DNA from: an uncultured virus (IMG/VR IMGVR_UViG_3300027751_000014) | Taxonomy: Duplodnaviria > Heunggongvirae > Uroviricota > Caudoviricetes | Reading direction: 5' to 3' (one strand) | DNA length: 64,000 nt | Virus record (IMG/VR): IMGVR_UViG_3300027751_000014 | Shown here: positions 35,764 to 46,123 of the stretch, one piece after another | Numbering within the stretch: the first letter of the stretch is position 1 | How the letters are laid out: the number at the start of each line of letters is the position of its first letter | Position numbers and translations under genes: made by a program | Notes under the pieces: generated by a model | What the model saw: the letters and a program-made list of their open reading frames with translations, nothing else | What the model was told of the DNA's origin: nothing | Databases searched by the model: none

Positions 35764-36591
35764 ATGACAAAAGAAATCCTAGTAATTTACCATGCCCCAT
35801 GCTTAGATGGATTTTCATCTGCGTGGGTTGCCCATACCGTATTTGGTGAGAACGCCGAATACGTGGCAGCAACATATAACCAAGCAGAAGAGCTGCCCGA
35901 CGTCCTCGGTCGGAGAGTATATATCGTAGATTTTTCATATCCCGCCGACATTATGCGAGATATGGCATCCAAAGCCTATAGCATTACCGTATTGGATCAT
36001 CACAAAACTGCACAAGCGGATCTCCAACCACTGTTAGACGATGGAACAGTAGATGGTGTGTTTGACATGGAACGCAGTGGCGCAGGCATTACATGGGACT
36101 GGTTTTATCCTGGTGAAGAACGGCCTCAGTTTATAAATTATGTGGAAGACCGCGACCTATGGAAATTTACGTTCCTAGATTCAAAAGCCGTGAACATGGC
36201 AATGTTCTCATACGACTATAAGTTTGAAAACTGGAATATGTTTGCTACTGAAGATGGTATGGAAAGACTACGCATGGAAGGCGTTGGTATATTGCGCAAG
36301 CATATGAAGGACGTGCATGAGGTTGCAGAACATGCGCAGACGATAAACATTGGCGGGTACGATGTGCCTACAGTAAATGCGAATTATATGTACGGCAGCG
36401 ACATTGCAAACGTACTTTCGGTTGGTCATCCATTCGCAGCATATTACTGGGTAAGCAAGACTGGTGAGTTTTGTTTTGGTCTGCGGTCACAAGTAGGCTC
36501 GGCAGATGTGTCAGCAATTGCGAAATTATATGGCGGTGGCGGACACGCCAACGCAAGTGGTTTTAGGGTAAACAACCTTGGTGATTTATGA
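35764..36591 (+). CDS. DHH/DHHA1 phosphoesterase
   Basis: YH..CLDG, VDFS, LDHH, GGGH. Confidence 0.9.
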   Translation: MTKEILVIYHAPCLDGFSSAWVAHTVFGENAEYVAATYNQAEELPDVLGRRVYIVDFSYPADIMRDMASKAYSITVLDHHKTAQADLQPLLDDGTVDGVFDMERSGAGITWDWFYPGEERPQFINYVEDRDLWKFTFLDSKAVNMAMFSYDYKFENWNMFATEDGMERLRMEGVGILRKHMKDVHEVAEHAQTINIGGYDVPTVNANYMYGSDIANVLSVGHPFAAYYWVSKTGEFCFGLRSQVGSADVSAIAKLYGGGGHANASGFRVNNLGDL

Positions 36592-36860
36592 GTGAAAAAA
36601 CTTCAAAGAGTATTTTAGATGAGCTTGTGGTGAAAGCGCAAACTATTGGCGGAATTCAAGGTACAATGCACAACCCACGAAATGCTACACAGGTTGGTCA
36701 GATGGTAAAATCCTTGTCACTGGAAGACCGCGAATTACTAGCACAATTGACATCTGACGATTTGGAATGTATGCGCCCATTTGGTGGGTATCACCCAAGA
36801 CCCAACACCGTAGTTACACGTAAGCGGGATAAGGCTGTGACACTGAAAAAGGTGAAATAA
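36588..36860 (+). CDS. Hypothetical protein
   Basis: Coupled ORF. Confidence 0.6.
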   Translation: MSEKTSKSILDELVVKAQTIGGIQGTMHNPRNATQVGQMVKSLSLEDRELLAQLTSDDLECMRPFGGYHPRPNTVVTRKRDKAVTLKKVK

Positions 36861-37174
36861 TGGAACATCTAAAACAACTGAATGAAAGTTATTGGCAACA
36901 CATGCGGGTGGCAACAAGAATTGCCTTCGCAGGATTGCAGGTATTTGTACTTGGTATGATTCATGCTGTCTTTCCATTTTTGTTCAAGGAAACTGTAGGC
37001 TGGATTATTATTGATTGGTTCTACTTTATTCGCGGGCGTAGACATGGGCGGTTTGACACCTTGCGCTGCGACAAATGCGGCACTGCGTTAGACGAACACA
37101 TCAACAAAAATGTCGGTAGGATTGTAGAGTTCGGGGACGATGAACGGCGAGTGAATGCCTCCCTAGAAACCTAA
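36860..37174 (+). CDS. Small membrane protein (DUF6356-like)
   Basis: HL..NESYWQHM..IHAVFPF. Confidence 0.6.
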   Translation: MEHLKQLNESYWQHMRVATRIAFAGLQVFVLGMIHAVFPFLFKETVGWIIIDWFYFIRGRRHGRFDTLRCDKCGTALDEHINKNVGRIVEFGDDERRVNASLET

Positions 37175-37231
37175 TAACCCTCTCATAAAACTTTTTGATA
37201 AATACAGATAACACTGTATTGGAGAAGTTTT

Positions 37232-37588
37232 ATGTCCGAATTCGCAAAACCAAATTACGTATACCGAGCCTGTCTAATTAATATCGTTGATGGCGACACC
37301 ATTGACGTAGATATAGATGTAGGTTTCCACACCACCATGCGCAAACGCTTGCGCTTCCTCGACATTAATACCTTTGAAACAAGGGGCCCTGAAAGAGAGA
37401 AAGGCTTGTTAGCGAAAGCACGGGCAACAGAAATATTAGAAGCAGCAGATCGAATTTATGTGCAGACAAAAATGGACGCTGAAGGCAAATATGGTCGTCT
37501 ATTAGCATGGGTATGGTGCGAGAAAGACGGTGAGCTAATGAACCTAAATAACCAGCTTCTACTTGAAGGTCACGCAGTCAAATATTAA
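37232..37588 (+). CDS. Thermonuclease (SNase-like)
   Basis: IVDGDTID..RFLDINTFE..GKYGRLLA. Confidence 0.85.
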   Translation: MSEFAKPNYVYRACLINIVDGDTIDVDIDVGFHTTMRKRLRFLDINTFETRGPEREKGLLAKARATEILEAADRIYVQTKMDAEGKYGRLLAWVWCEKDGELMNLNNQLLLEGHAVKY

Positions 37589-38313
37589 TGCGCCTATTTG
37601 AGATCACACAACCAGTCCTACGTAGCGACATTCTACAGGCAATGGCTAGCACGAAAGAACGTATTATGAACGTGGAAAAACGTTTGTCTTACGTAATAGT
37701 AGCCCGCCTGCTTGAACAAGCCCTAGCGGACTGGGGTGTATCCTTCGATGTTATAAAAGATGATAGACTACCCGACGGTGAAATATCCATCGGTGGTGCA
37801 TACCGCCCTGAGCTGGATCAAGACGATGCACCAGATCCAATCCAGCTAAAAATAATCCACGCTCCAGGTGATAACTACCTCGGTGACGACCCAGAAGACC
37901 GAGAAGCATTTTACCGCGTTGTGACCGATTACCTATCAGGAACGTTGGTGCATGAATTGATTCACATGAACCAATATCGCGCCAGAGGTTTCAATGTGGG
38001 CGGTAAAACCAAATATAAAAGTAAAGCAGATGACGCTGACCTACGCCAAGCACAAGAATACTTTGGTGACAAGGATGAGCTTGAGGCTTATGCTTATAAT
38101 ATAGCGGACGAGTTACTCCAAAAATACAGCAAAGACAAAGCTATCGAAATCTTAAAGCACGATCATCCCCTTCCTTACTTACATAAAGTAGCACCTGTTT
38201 TATATTCTCATCTTGTTATATTTGGTAACGACCGCACACAACCTGTAACGAGACGATTGCTGAAAAAGACAATACAATACATCAATATAATATCCTCCCA
38301 AAACAAAGTCTAA
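37588..38313 (+). CDS. HExxH metallopeptidase-like protein
   Basis: HELIHMNQ...YF...ELEAYA. Confidence 0.6.
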   Translation: MRLFEITQPVLRSDILQAMASTKERIMNVEKRLSYVIVARLLEQALADWGVSFDVIKDDRLPDGEISIGGAYRPELDQDDAPDPIQLKIIHAPGDNYLGDDPEDREAFYRVVTDYLSGTLVHELIHMNQYRARGFNVGGKTKYKSKADDADLRQAQEYFGDKDELEAYAYNIADELLQKYSKDKAIEILKHDHPLPYLHKVAPVLYSHLVIFGNDRTQPVTRRLLKKTIQYINIISSQNKV

Positions 38314-38374
38314 TCTCACCTCCGAGAGTTTGCAGAAGTGATAAATAACAATAACGACCTTATTGGAGAAAATC

Positions 38375-38773
38375 ATGGCACTCATAGTACCTGACGCAGC
38401 AGAAGCGGTAATGCTGGGATACATACTAAATCAAAATAATCCACAGGATTTGACCGTTAGGCTATATTCTAACAATGTCACACCAAGCGAAGCAAGCGCG
38501 GTGATAGATTTTACAGAAGTAGTAGGCGGCGGATATGCAGCCGTACCGTTAACTGCTGGTAGCTGGGGTATTGTTACTGGCGACCCATCCACTGCATCAT
38601 ATCCACAAATTACATGGACATTTACTGGTGCAGTAGGTAATGTTTATGGCATTTTTGTAACCCGCGATACAGCAGGTGACTTGATGTGGGCTGAACTTTT
38701 CACCAACGGACCATATAATATTACTACTAACGGCGACCAAATTAAAGTCACCCTACGACTTACATTAGAATAA
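38375..38773 (+). CDS. Putative virion protein
   Basis: GATAAATA 38340; LYSNNVTP..FTE. Confidence 0.65.
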   Translation: MALIVPDAAEAVMLGYILNQNNPQDLTVRLYSNNVTPSEASAVIDFTEVVGGGYAAVPLTAGSWGIVTGDPSTASYPQITWTFTGAVGNVYGIFVTRDTAGDLMWAELFTNGPYNITTNGDQIKVTLRLTLE

Positions 38774-38785
38774 TAGGAAAAGATC

Positions 38786-39304
38786 ATGCCAAAATCGTTT
38801 AAAGATTACTACGCAGAAGACAAAGAACCTATCGTAACTGAAGGAGGTTTGCGCGTAAAACATGATTCGCTGACCCGTTTGCCAGAGGTTAACGTAGAGG
38901 TGCCTATGCCTCCAGTGCAACAACCGCAACCAGTGTTAACTGAGAGCGTGATGGAGTCCGTTAAAACACTACTTAATGAACAGCGCGAAGAAAGCAAAAA
39001 GCTACTAGGTGCTGCTAATAAAACCAATAAGAAAATTTTAGAATCTGTAAACACGCTGGTTGAAGCAACCAACGACATTAACGCAAAACTAATTGAAGCT
39101 ATTACGTCCCTCTCAGATACAGTGGCAATGCTGGAAGGCAAAATTGACGAGATCAAAAATATTGAAATCCCAACACCAATTGTAAATCTACAAATGCCCA
39201 GCAAAAAGACTATCAAGAATGTGCACCGCGACAAGCGTGGAATGATAACGCACATTGAAGAATCTGAGGTCTTTGATGAGGAAGACGATAGCGGGGAAGA
39301 ATAA
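38786..39304 (+). CDS. Coiled-coil hypothetical protein
   Basis: Heptad region; C-term RDKRGMI. Confidence 0.65.
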   Translation: MPKSFKDYYAEDKEPIVTEGGLRVKHDSLTRLPEVNVEVPMPPVQQPQPVLTESVMESVKTLLNEQREESKKLLGAANKTNKKILESVNTLVEATNDINAKLIEAITSLSDTVAMLEGKIDEIKNIEIPTPIVNLQMPSKKTIKNVHRDKRGMITHIEESEVFDEEDDSGEE

Positions 39305-39738
39305 TGGAACGTAGTTGCGGTGATTGCACATTATGTTGTACAGTTACGCATGTTCCGGAGTTAGCAAAACCCGTAGGAACAACCTGTTCCAATTGCGCAA
39401 TTGGTTGCACCATATATAATACTAGACCGCAATCTTGCCGCACATTTAATTGTGCTTGGCTGCAAGGTGACATGAGTGAGGATATGAAACCTAATAAGTC
39501 TCATATTGTTATTGAAAAACTCCCTAATGTTCCTGTGGTGATTGTGTTGATCGAACCTGGATACGCAGGAATCTGGTTAACACCTGCTGTTGATAAAGTG
39601 TTAAAAGAATACCAACAAAAAGGTGTTGCGGTTGTTGCCACTGATAGTAGCAACGCTCTTATTCCAGCGGGCATGGATGCTGCACAAGTTATTGCATATG
39701 TGAGAGAGGGAGCAGCAAACATGGGAGCTACTAACTAA
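39304..39738 (+). CDS. YkgJ-like Cys-cluster protein
   Basis: CGDCTLCC..C..GCTIY..RPQSCRTFNC. Confidence 0.75.
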   Translation: MERSCGDCTLCCTVTHVPELAKPVGTTCSNCAIGCTIYNTRPQSCRTFNCAWLQGDMSEDMKPNKSHIVIEKLPNVPVVIVLIEPGYAGIWLTPAVDKVLKEYQQKGVAVVATDSSNALIPAGMDAAQVIAYVREGAANMGATN

Positions 39739-41588
39739 TGGCCGTTCCTGTATATACAACCGACCTTGCAACATTTGACCTGGCGGAAGGCGTTGTGTGG
39801 AATGAGTCAACCGCGAGTGGTTGGACCAGTGTGTCCAACACTGTCGAGGAAAATGAAACCGATTTGTTCATTCAAGGAACTCAGTGCATATCAACCACAG
39901 TTAAAACGGGTGTTGGGATACTATTGGCGAACTTTGGGTCTGGTGTAACTATTCCAACAGATGGTGCTATTTTGCATTGGATGTATTATGCAACACCAAA
40001 CTCATTAGACCTTGAATCCAATGGCGGTATTCGCACAGCGATCGGTAGCAGCCTCGCCGACTTTTATGCTTATACACATGGTGGCAGCGATACCTACGTT
40101 TATGGAGGTTGGCTTAACCTTGCGACTGGTGATCCAGCAGTTCTACCAACAGCCTCTTTCACTGTTGGTACACCAACCACAGTCAAACAATATGCTGGTT
40201 GGGCATTCAACGCTGTAACAGTACCATCGAAAGGAAACCCTTATCTTTCAGACGCAATTCGATATGGCCGATGCGCTATTCGGGCAACTGCTGGCGCTCT
40301 TGCAGATGGATACGCCACGTTTACAGGTATGGGTACAACAAACGATTATAACGATGTAACGAACGGATACAATCGTTGGGGACTGTTCCAGACTATAACA
40401 CCATCCAGTTTCTTGTGGAAGGGATTAATGTCTCTTGGATTAGCAGGTACGGCGGTTGACTTTAAGGATTCAAACAAAGTTATCACTGTTGATAATACCA
40501 AATGGGTAACAGCAAATTTTAATAAGGTTGAAATTAACAACGCAAGTTCAGTTGTCGATTGGTCATCAATTTCGTTTAACTCTCTTGGTACAGCAAGTCC
40601 AGGCCGACTTGAGGTTGTTGATAATGCGACTGTGACAATAGATAGTTGCTCATTTGCAGATATGGATACGTTTATATTCCAGTCAAATAGTACCCTTACT
40701 AGCACGGCTTGGAGACGATGTGGATTAGTTACACAAGGCTCTGCAACATTTACTAGCTGCACATTTGCAGATAGTACCAATTCACCAGCAATGTTATCTA
40801 ATAATCCACAGAACATAACATATACTGACTTTATAAGTGTAGGTACCGGTCATGGTATGGAGATTAATACTGCTGGCACATATAGTTTCACTGGTAATAC
40901 CTGGACAGGGTATTCCTCTGGTACAGATGCCAACGGTGGAACAACGGGCGATGCAAATGCAGCAATACATTTTAATCCAACTGGTGGTACTGGTAACCTG
41001 GTACTTAATATATCAGGCGGGACAACCCCAAGCGTACTTAATAGTTCAACTGGAACAGTTACCCTAAATAACGGTGTAGCATTAACCCTCACTGGCATAC
41101 AAACAGACTCCGAGGTCCGTATTATAAATCTCGACGATACAACTAATTTCAGCAAAGAACTAGCAGGTTCTGAGCAGATTATTGGTAGTGTTACTAAGGC
41201 CACTATTATTAATGGTGGGTCTGGTTATACTAATGGTGCTCAGACACTAACCGTAGTTGGTGGCACAGGCACAGCAGCACAGCTTAATGTTACTGTCTCT
41301 GGCGGCACAGTAGTTTCGGTAGACAGCATCGTCATTGTAGGTTTATACAGCGTTAATCCTACGAATCCTGTGTCTGTAACGGGCGGTGGCGGTACTAACG
41401 CAACTTTTCGATTAACTATCAACGGCTCGTTTACATACTCGTACGATGCATCATTCACACCAAACGTTGCAATTATCGTATTTCATCTTGATTATAAAGA
41501 GGTCCGCATCGAGCAAAATCTTGCAGCGTCAAATCAGTCTATCCCAATCCAACAGACCGCAGACCGTACATACAATAATCCACTATAA
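39738..41588 (+). CDS. Putative virion/tail protein with beta-helix-like region
   Basis: 616 aa, Thr/Gly/Ser-rich. Confidence 0.65.
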   Translation: MAVPVYTTDLATFDLAEGVVWNESTASGWTSVSNTVEENETDLFIQGTQCISTTVKTGVGILLANFGSGVTIPTDGAILHWMYYATPNSLDLESNGGIRTAIGSSLADFYAYTHGGSDTYVYGGWLNLATGDPAVLPTASFTVGTPTTVKQYAGWAFNAVTVPSKGNPYLSDAIRYGRCAIRATAGALADGYATFTGMGTTNDYNDVTNGYNRWGLFQTITPSSFLWKGLMSLGLAGTAVDFKDSNKVITVDNTKWVTANFNKVEINNASSVVDWSSISFNSLGTASPGRLEVVDNATVTIDSCSFADMDTFIFQSNSTLTSTAWRRCGLVTQGSATFTSCTFADSTNSPAMLSNNPQNITYTDFISVGTGHGMEINTAGTYSFTGNTWTGYSSGTDANGGTTGDANAAIHFNPTGGTGNLVLNISGGTTPSVLNSSTGTVTLNNGVALTLTGIQTDSEVRIINLDDTTNFSKELAGSEQIIGSVTKATIINGGSGYTNGAQTLTVVGGTGTAAQLNVTVSGGTVVSVDSIVIVGLYSVNPTNPVSVTGGGGTNATFRLTINGSFTYSYDASFTPNVAIIVFHLDYKEVRIEQNLAASNQSIPIQQTADRTYNNPL

Positions 41589-41678
41589 TAAACACAAGCA
41601 GAATATTTTTCGCAAGTTTAGATAAATATAAATATAAGCAAGGCCCTTACGCATAAATTTGAGGAGAGGAACATTTAA

Positions 41679-44600
41679 ATGGCAATTATTACAGATCCTG
41701 ATCTACTATCGAGATATGATGTTATTTTTAACAGCGCATCGCAGAGAGTTTCGATATACCCGGTTGGTGATACCCAAAGGAATACAGGTGTAACATATAC
41801 TAATGTATATGTTGACACAGCAGGTACACTTACTCCAGGCGGAGCTGAAAACTTTAATACTGATGGTGTTGTCGCTGGAGATGTTGTAGCAATACAAAAT
41901 GACGTTAACGGCGGACACTATTATGTGAGAACAACACCAACTGCAGGCGCAAATAACCCGATTTCGTTAGCAATGATTGATGATGGTGTTGCTGGTGCAG
42001 AAACAACAAGCCTAACGGTTCAGTCAACGTCCTATACAGAAGCAACAAGTATTACTGGTAACGTGATTGCAATCGCAACACACGGTTATGTAACTGGTGA
42101 TTCAGTAGTAGCAGTCGCAGGCGGAACAATCGACAGCAATTTAACAGACCTTAACGTATATTACGTTATTCGAGTAGATGCTGGTAACATTTCACTAGCA
42201 ACAACTTACGCAAATGCGGTTGCTGGTACAGCCATCACACTAGCTGATGATGGTACAGGCACAACTGTACTACATAACAGATTGATCGTTGGTATATTCA
42301 CTAACGGTGCATCAACAAGCGAAGCAATTTTAGGCAACGACACATCTGGTGATGGTCTCGGTGACGTAAAAGACGGAATCTCACAGCAGGCTATTTATTC
42401 TTTCGGTAAGGAAGAATGGCGCGTTGACTCATTAATAACTACATTGACTCCAGAATATAACGATGACTTAATTAGGCACCAATTCCCATACGAAGCTATT
42501 ACGTCGGAACAGTTTGAAATTGGTGGTGGTACATCCCATGATAATTGGGATTGGTTCAACTCTTATACACGTAAGAAAGTACGTACAGCTGGTTGGGCAG
42601 AAAAAACAGACGTTGGTACAGGTGATCTTGCTCGTGAGACGGGTATTATTACGTTGGGTAGCGTGGATGCAGATGCTCAGGTATATTACCAACAGACATC
42701 TGTTGTAACACCAAAAGTTGACTTTACGTTCCTAGGTCCTGTAAACGAGGCGTTACGTGTATACACTGACGCATCAGCAGATAATACCCCAACAGACGAC
42801 TTTACAACATATCTAAAACTGTTCGTACGCAAAAAGGGACGAACATATGCTGGATCACAGATTTCAGATATTGGTGTAACAACAATCCAAACGATTGTAA
42901 ACCGATTCCCATTGGCTCACACGGTTGATACTGCCATTACATTATCTGATGCTGAGTTGCTAGGTACAAACCCATATAGGTTTGCAACAACCCCAGTAGC
43001 AATATCCTCAGGCACAGATGGAAGTAAGACTATCAACTTGAATACATTTACATCGACTGCCGTAGGTGATTTTGCGGCAGCAGGCGTAATCGCAGGTGAC
43101 ATTTTGCGCATAACAGAAGCTGATGTTGACATTGGTTACTATGAAATTACAAATGTTGCAACAACAACGCTAACCGTTACTGAATTTGAGTCGGTCTCAG
43201 GTAACGACTTTACATTTGGTACAGGTTGGGCAGCAACTAACGCAGCCACAGACTTTGAAATTTACTCAAGTCTGCTATTCCCAGCACAAACAACTGGTAC
43301 ACTAGTTGAAGCAACCGCAACGGGCTTGGTTAATACGTCTGGTGTAACAGGCACATTAACTCATACTGCTCAAGACTTTACAGCAGCCGGCGTTGCTGCT
43401 GGTGATATTCTTATTATCACACAGTTTTATGACATTAGCTTCGATGCGTCAACAGCAGTTGCTGGAAACATAATTACCCAAGCAAATCATAACTTACGCA
43501 CAGGTGATCGCATAATATATGACATTAACGGCGGCACAGTAATTTCTGGATTAGTAGACGGAACAGTATATTACGTTTCGGTAGCTTCATCCAGCACATT
43601 TTATCTTTGCGCAACTCTAGCAGATGCATGGGCAAGAACTAACGGTGATTCAACAGAAATCGCAATAACAGCTGGTACCTCAGAACCTCATCTACTACAT
43701 GTGCATGAAGGTGATGGAGCTTACGATATTATTACTGCTGGAACAACGACATTAGTTGTAGATACTACAGATCAACAGTTCCCAACAACAAGTAAGACAA
43801 TTGGAACACAGTATCATGTAGTAGAAGCAGGAATGTACTTACAGTATAAGAATAAGACCGTACAGTCCTCGGCTGCTACACAAACAACAACCCCAATTAC
43901 CGATATAACTGTTACCGGCCTTAACACAATTGCGTTAACCGGCGGCAACACTCTCGGATTTGATTACAAAGATGACGCTTATGTTACTGTGAATGTACAA
44001 TCAGGCGATATGATTGAGATAACAGGTACAGGAACAATTGATGGTCGATACACGGTACTATCGCGTACATCTGCAACAACTGTTGTTATATATGAGACAT
44101 TTGCTTCTAACGTAACCGGTGCTCCAGCAGCTGGCACAATAGTTGCGGTTGAGAAAGGCTTTGAGCGCACAATTGGTCCAGATGATCTATCCTTTAATTG
44201 GAAGGTCACTGGTAACGGTGGTGGACTACAGGACGTATTCCAGTTTATTCAATCTGAACTACGTTCATCGTCAGACATTGACCAAGGTGCAGGAACGTTT
44301 GTTCCAGCAGGTTCATTAGGTCTTGTAGGTTTCATTGGTAACATTAACGATCTATTGATGAGTTTTGCTTCTCCAACAGGTAGCGGCTTGAACTTGTTCA
44401 TAGATGACCTTGATTCAAACGACATCAACAACGCGACATTCTTTGATCACACTAGCACAGCTCAGAACTTCCCGTTCACATCATCTGGTTCGTTGGTATT
44501 CAACCCGAACCTAACAAACGATACCCAAGCCAAATATTGGTTGTTCTTTACGAATGATGATGCAGGTGACAATTTGGGCAGAGACTATGGTACAGCGAAC

Positions 44601-44921
44601 GCGATTATTGTTGAAGATGCAACAACTCCAACAGCTAATCCGATCACTGGATACATTAATGCGGTCGGTGGTTCAACACACGGCGGAGTACGATCAGTAG
44701 CCTCAAGCACAACATCTATTACGTTTACGTATGCATATGATACAAACGTCCAGCGTGGTGCAGGTTCAGTATCGACGGCAGCACCAGTAACACTGGTTGC
44801 TATTGGTCAGCCAACGGCACAGTTCGTTATCGCCTCAGGTAGCATTGTAAACGCTACTGGTATTACAATATCGGCGGTTGCGGCTCTAGAACGTAACTAC
44901 AATGGCTCAAACCCAGTATAA
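41679..44921 (+). CDS. Large putative virion/tail protein
   Basis: 1080 aa; GATAAATA 41621, SD GAGGAG; repeated HGYVTGD/HNLRTGD and GVxAGDIL modules. Confidence 0.7.
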   Translation: MAIITDPDLLSRYDVIFNSASQRVSIYPVGDTQRNTGVTYTNVYVDTAGTLTPGGAENFNTDGVVAGDVVAIQNDVNGGHYYVRTTPTAGANNPISLAMIDDGVAGAETTSLTVQSTSYTEATSITGNVIAIATHGYVTGDSVVAVAGGTIDSNLTDLNVYYVIRVDAGNISLATTYANAVAGTAITLADDGTGTTVLHNRLIVGIFTNGASTSEAILGNDTSGDGLGDVKDGISQQAIYSFGKEEWRVDSLITTLTPEYNDDLIRHQFPYEAITSEQFEIGGGTSHDNWDWFNSYTRKKVRTAGWAEKTDVGTGDLARETGIITLGSVDADAQVYYQQTSVVTPKVDFTFLGPVNEALRVYTDASADNTPTDDFTTYLKLFVRKKGRTYAGSQISDIGVTTIQTIVNRFPLAHTVDTAITLSDAELLGTNPYRFATTPVAISSGTDGSKTINLNTFTSTAVGDFAAAGVIAGDILRITEADVDIGYYEITNVATTTLTVTEFESVSGNDFTFGTGWAATNAATDFEIYSSLLFPAQTTGTLVEATATGLVNTSGVTGTLTHTAQDFTAAGVAAGDILIITQFYDISFDASTAVAGNIITQANHNLRTGDRIIYDINGGTVISGLVDGTVYYVSVASSSTFYLCATLADAWARTNGDSTEIAITAGTSEPHLLHVHEGDGAYDIITAGTTTLVVDTTDQQFPTTSKTIGTQYHVVEAGMYLQYKNKTVQSSAATQTTTPITDITVTGLNTIALTGGNTLGFDYKDDAYVTVNVQSGDMIEITGTGTIDGRYTVLSRTSATTVVIYETFASNVTGAPAAGTIVAVEKGFERTIGPDDLSFNWKVTGNGGGLQDVFQFIQSELRSSSDIDQGAGTFVPAGSLGLVGFIGNINDLLMSFASPTGSGLNLFIDDLDSNDINNATFFDHTSTAQNFPFTSSGSLVFNPNLTNDTQAKYWLFFTNDDAGDNLGRDYGTANAIIVEDATTPTANPITGYINAVGGSTHGGVRSVASSTTSITFTYAYDTNVQRGAGSVSTAAPVTLVAIGQPTAQFVIASGSIVNATGITISAVAALERNYNGSNPV

Positions 44922-44948
44922 GCAATAATTATATTGCAATGGAAAGAT

Positions 44949-44975
44949 AAGGGAGCGCAACGCTCCCTTTTCTTT
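44949..44975 (+). terminator. Intrinsic terminator
   Basis: AAGGGAGCG-CAA-CGCTCCCTT followed by T-rich tail. Confidence 0.75.
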
Positions 44976-45049
44976 AATCACGGAAAATATTAATGATAAA
45001 TACAAGGGAGTAGTATTACTCCCTTATCTCTTTAATTATAGGAATTATT

Positions 45050-45481
45050 ATGAGCGAACAATTTTCAGATGAACAACTACTAAATATGGCAAAGGGTCTT
45101 ACCAACAAAGAGAGTAATCTTGATGAAGCCGAGTTTGTAGAAATGGCAACATTCCGAAATCAGTGGCTAATTGTTCCAAAGCGCAGGGGTGACCAATGGA
45201 CCAAACGCAAGCAAATGCGCGGCAATATGTTCAAAATCATTAAGTATATGAAGCGCGGTGCTGATCTGACGCCAGAATTAGAAGCTATAAAATCAATCAT
45301 TGATCCACAGTTAGATGCTAACATACAACAGAATTGGGCATCATTTACATTTTACTGGGACTTAAATCCACAGGATCATACAAAAATTATCACCAAAGAG
45401 AAATGGTTTATGGAGGGTGGTCGTTACGACGAGCTAGGGGCATTAATGCCAACAGCATTTACACAACAAGAGATTTCGTAA
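45050..45481 (+). CDS. Hypothetical protein
   Basis: GATAAATA 44995; SD AGGA. Confidence 0.7.
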   Translation: MSEQFSDEQLLNMAKGLTNKESNLDEAEFVEMATFRNQWLIVPKRRGDQWTKRKQMRGNMFKIIKYMKRGADLTPELEAIKSIIDPQLDANIQQNWASFTFYWDLNPQDHTKIITKEKWFMEGGRYDELGALMPTAFTQQEIS

Positions 45482-46050
45482 TGAAAATACTATACACAAT
45501 GGGGAATTTTGTATTCTCTGGGCATCAAGTTATATTTTATACCATTAATAACAAAAATGAGAACACAGAAGATTTCCAGAAAGAAGCAGAGGCATGTTTT
45601 TCTTCTTCGTTTGCCCCAAAGAATCAGATGTTCCAACCAATGGACAGTCTCGAGGGAATGGATGCAAATCCACCCGCAGTTGGTGACGTTGTTTGGACAC
45701 AGACCTCAGGCGGTCAACATATTGCCGCAGGTATATGCCAAGAGGAACCAGGTGGTCCAATTGATTTTGATGCATTACAGTTGATTGTGCGTAGCGTAAA
45801 ACGTAAGGCAGAAGATCTCAAACAAAATGTCATTTCGATGCCACTTATCACCCAAGATCACGATCATAACTTATGGAATCTTATTTATCCAATTATTGAA
45901 AAGGAGTTCGTGGGGGTAGATATACAGGTAGTGGTTCATATCCCCACAGAAAATGAGCTATTGCAGGTGATGGACAATATGGGCGGCGAATTTGATACGT
46001 TGACACGCCGTGCCCCAGAAATAAGATTTGTACGAAATGATAAAAACTAA
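45481..46050 (+). CDS. Divergent macro-domain-like protein
   Basis: MKILYTMGN.., ICQ..IDFDAL..ISMPLI..W..I..IIE resembles the Poa1/TARG fold. Confidence 0.45.
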   Translation: MKILYTMGNFVFSGHQVIFYTINNKNENTEDFQKEAEACFSSSFAPKNQMFQPMDSLEGMDANPPAVGDVVWTQTSGGQHIAAGICQEEPGGPIDFDALQLIVRSVKRKAEDLKQNVISMPLITQDHDHNLWNLIYPIIEKEFVGVDIQVVVHIPTENELLQVMDNMGGEFDTLTRRAPEIRFVRNDKN

Positions 46051-46123
46051 CAGTAAGGTAATTCGATTCCGCCGTCATGCGCAGGATAATGATAAATAAT
46101 AGATAACAAGTTAGGAATTTATA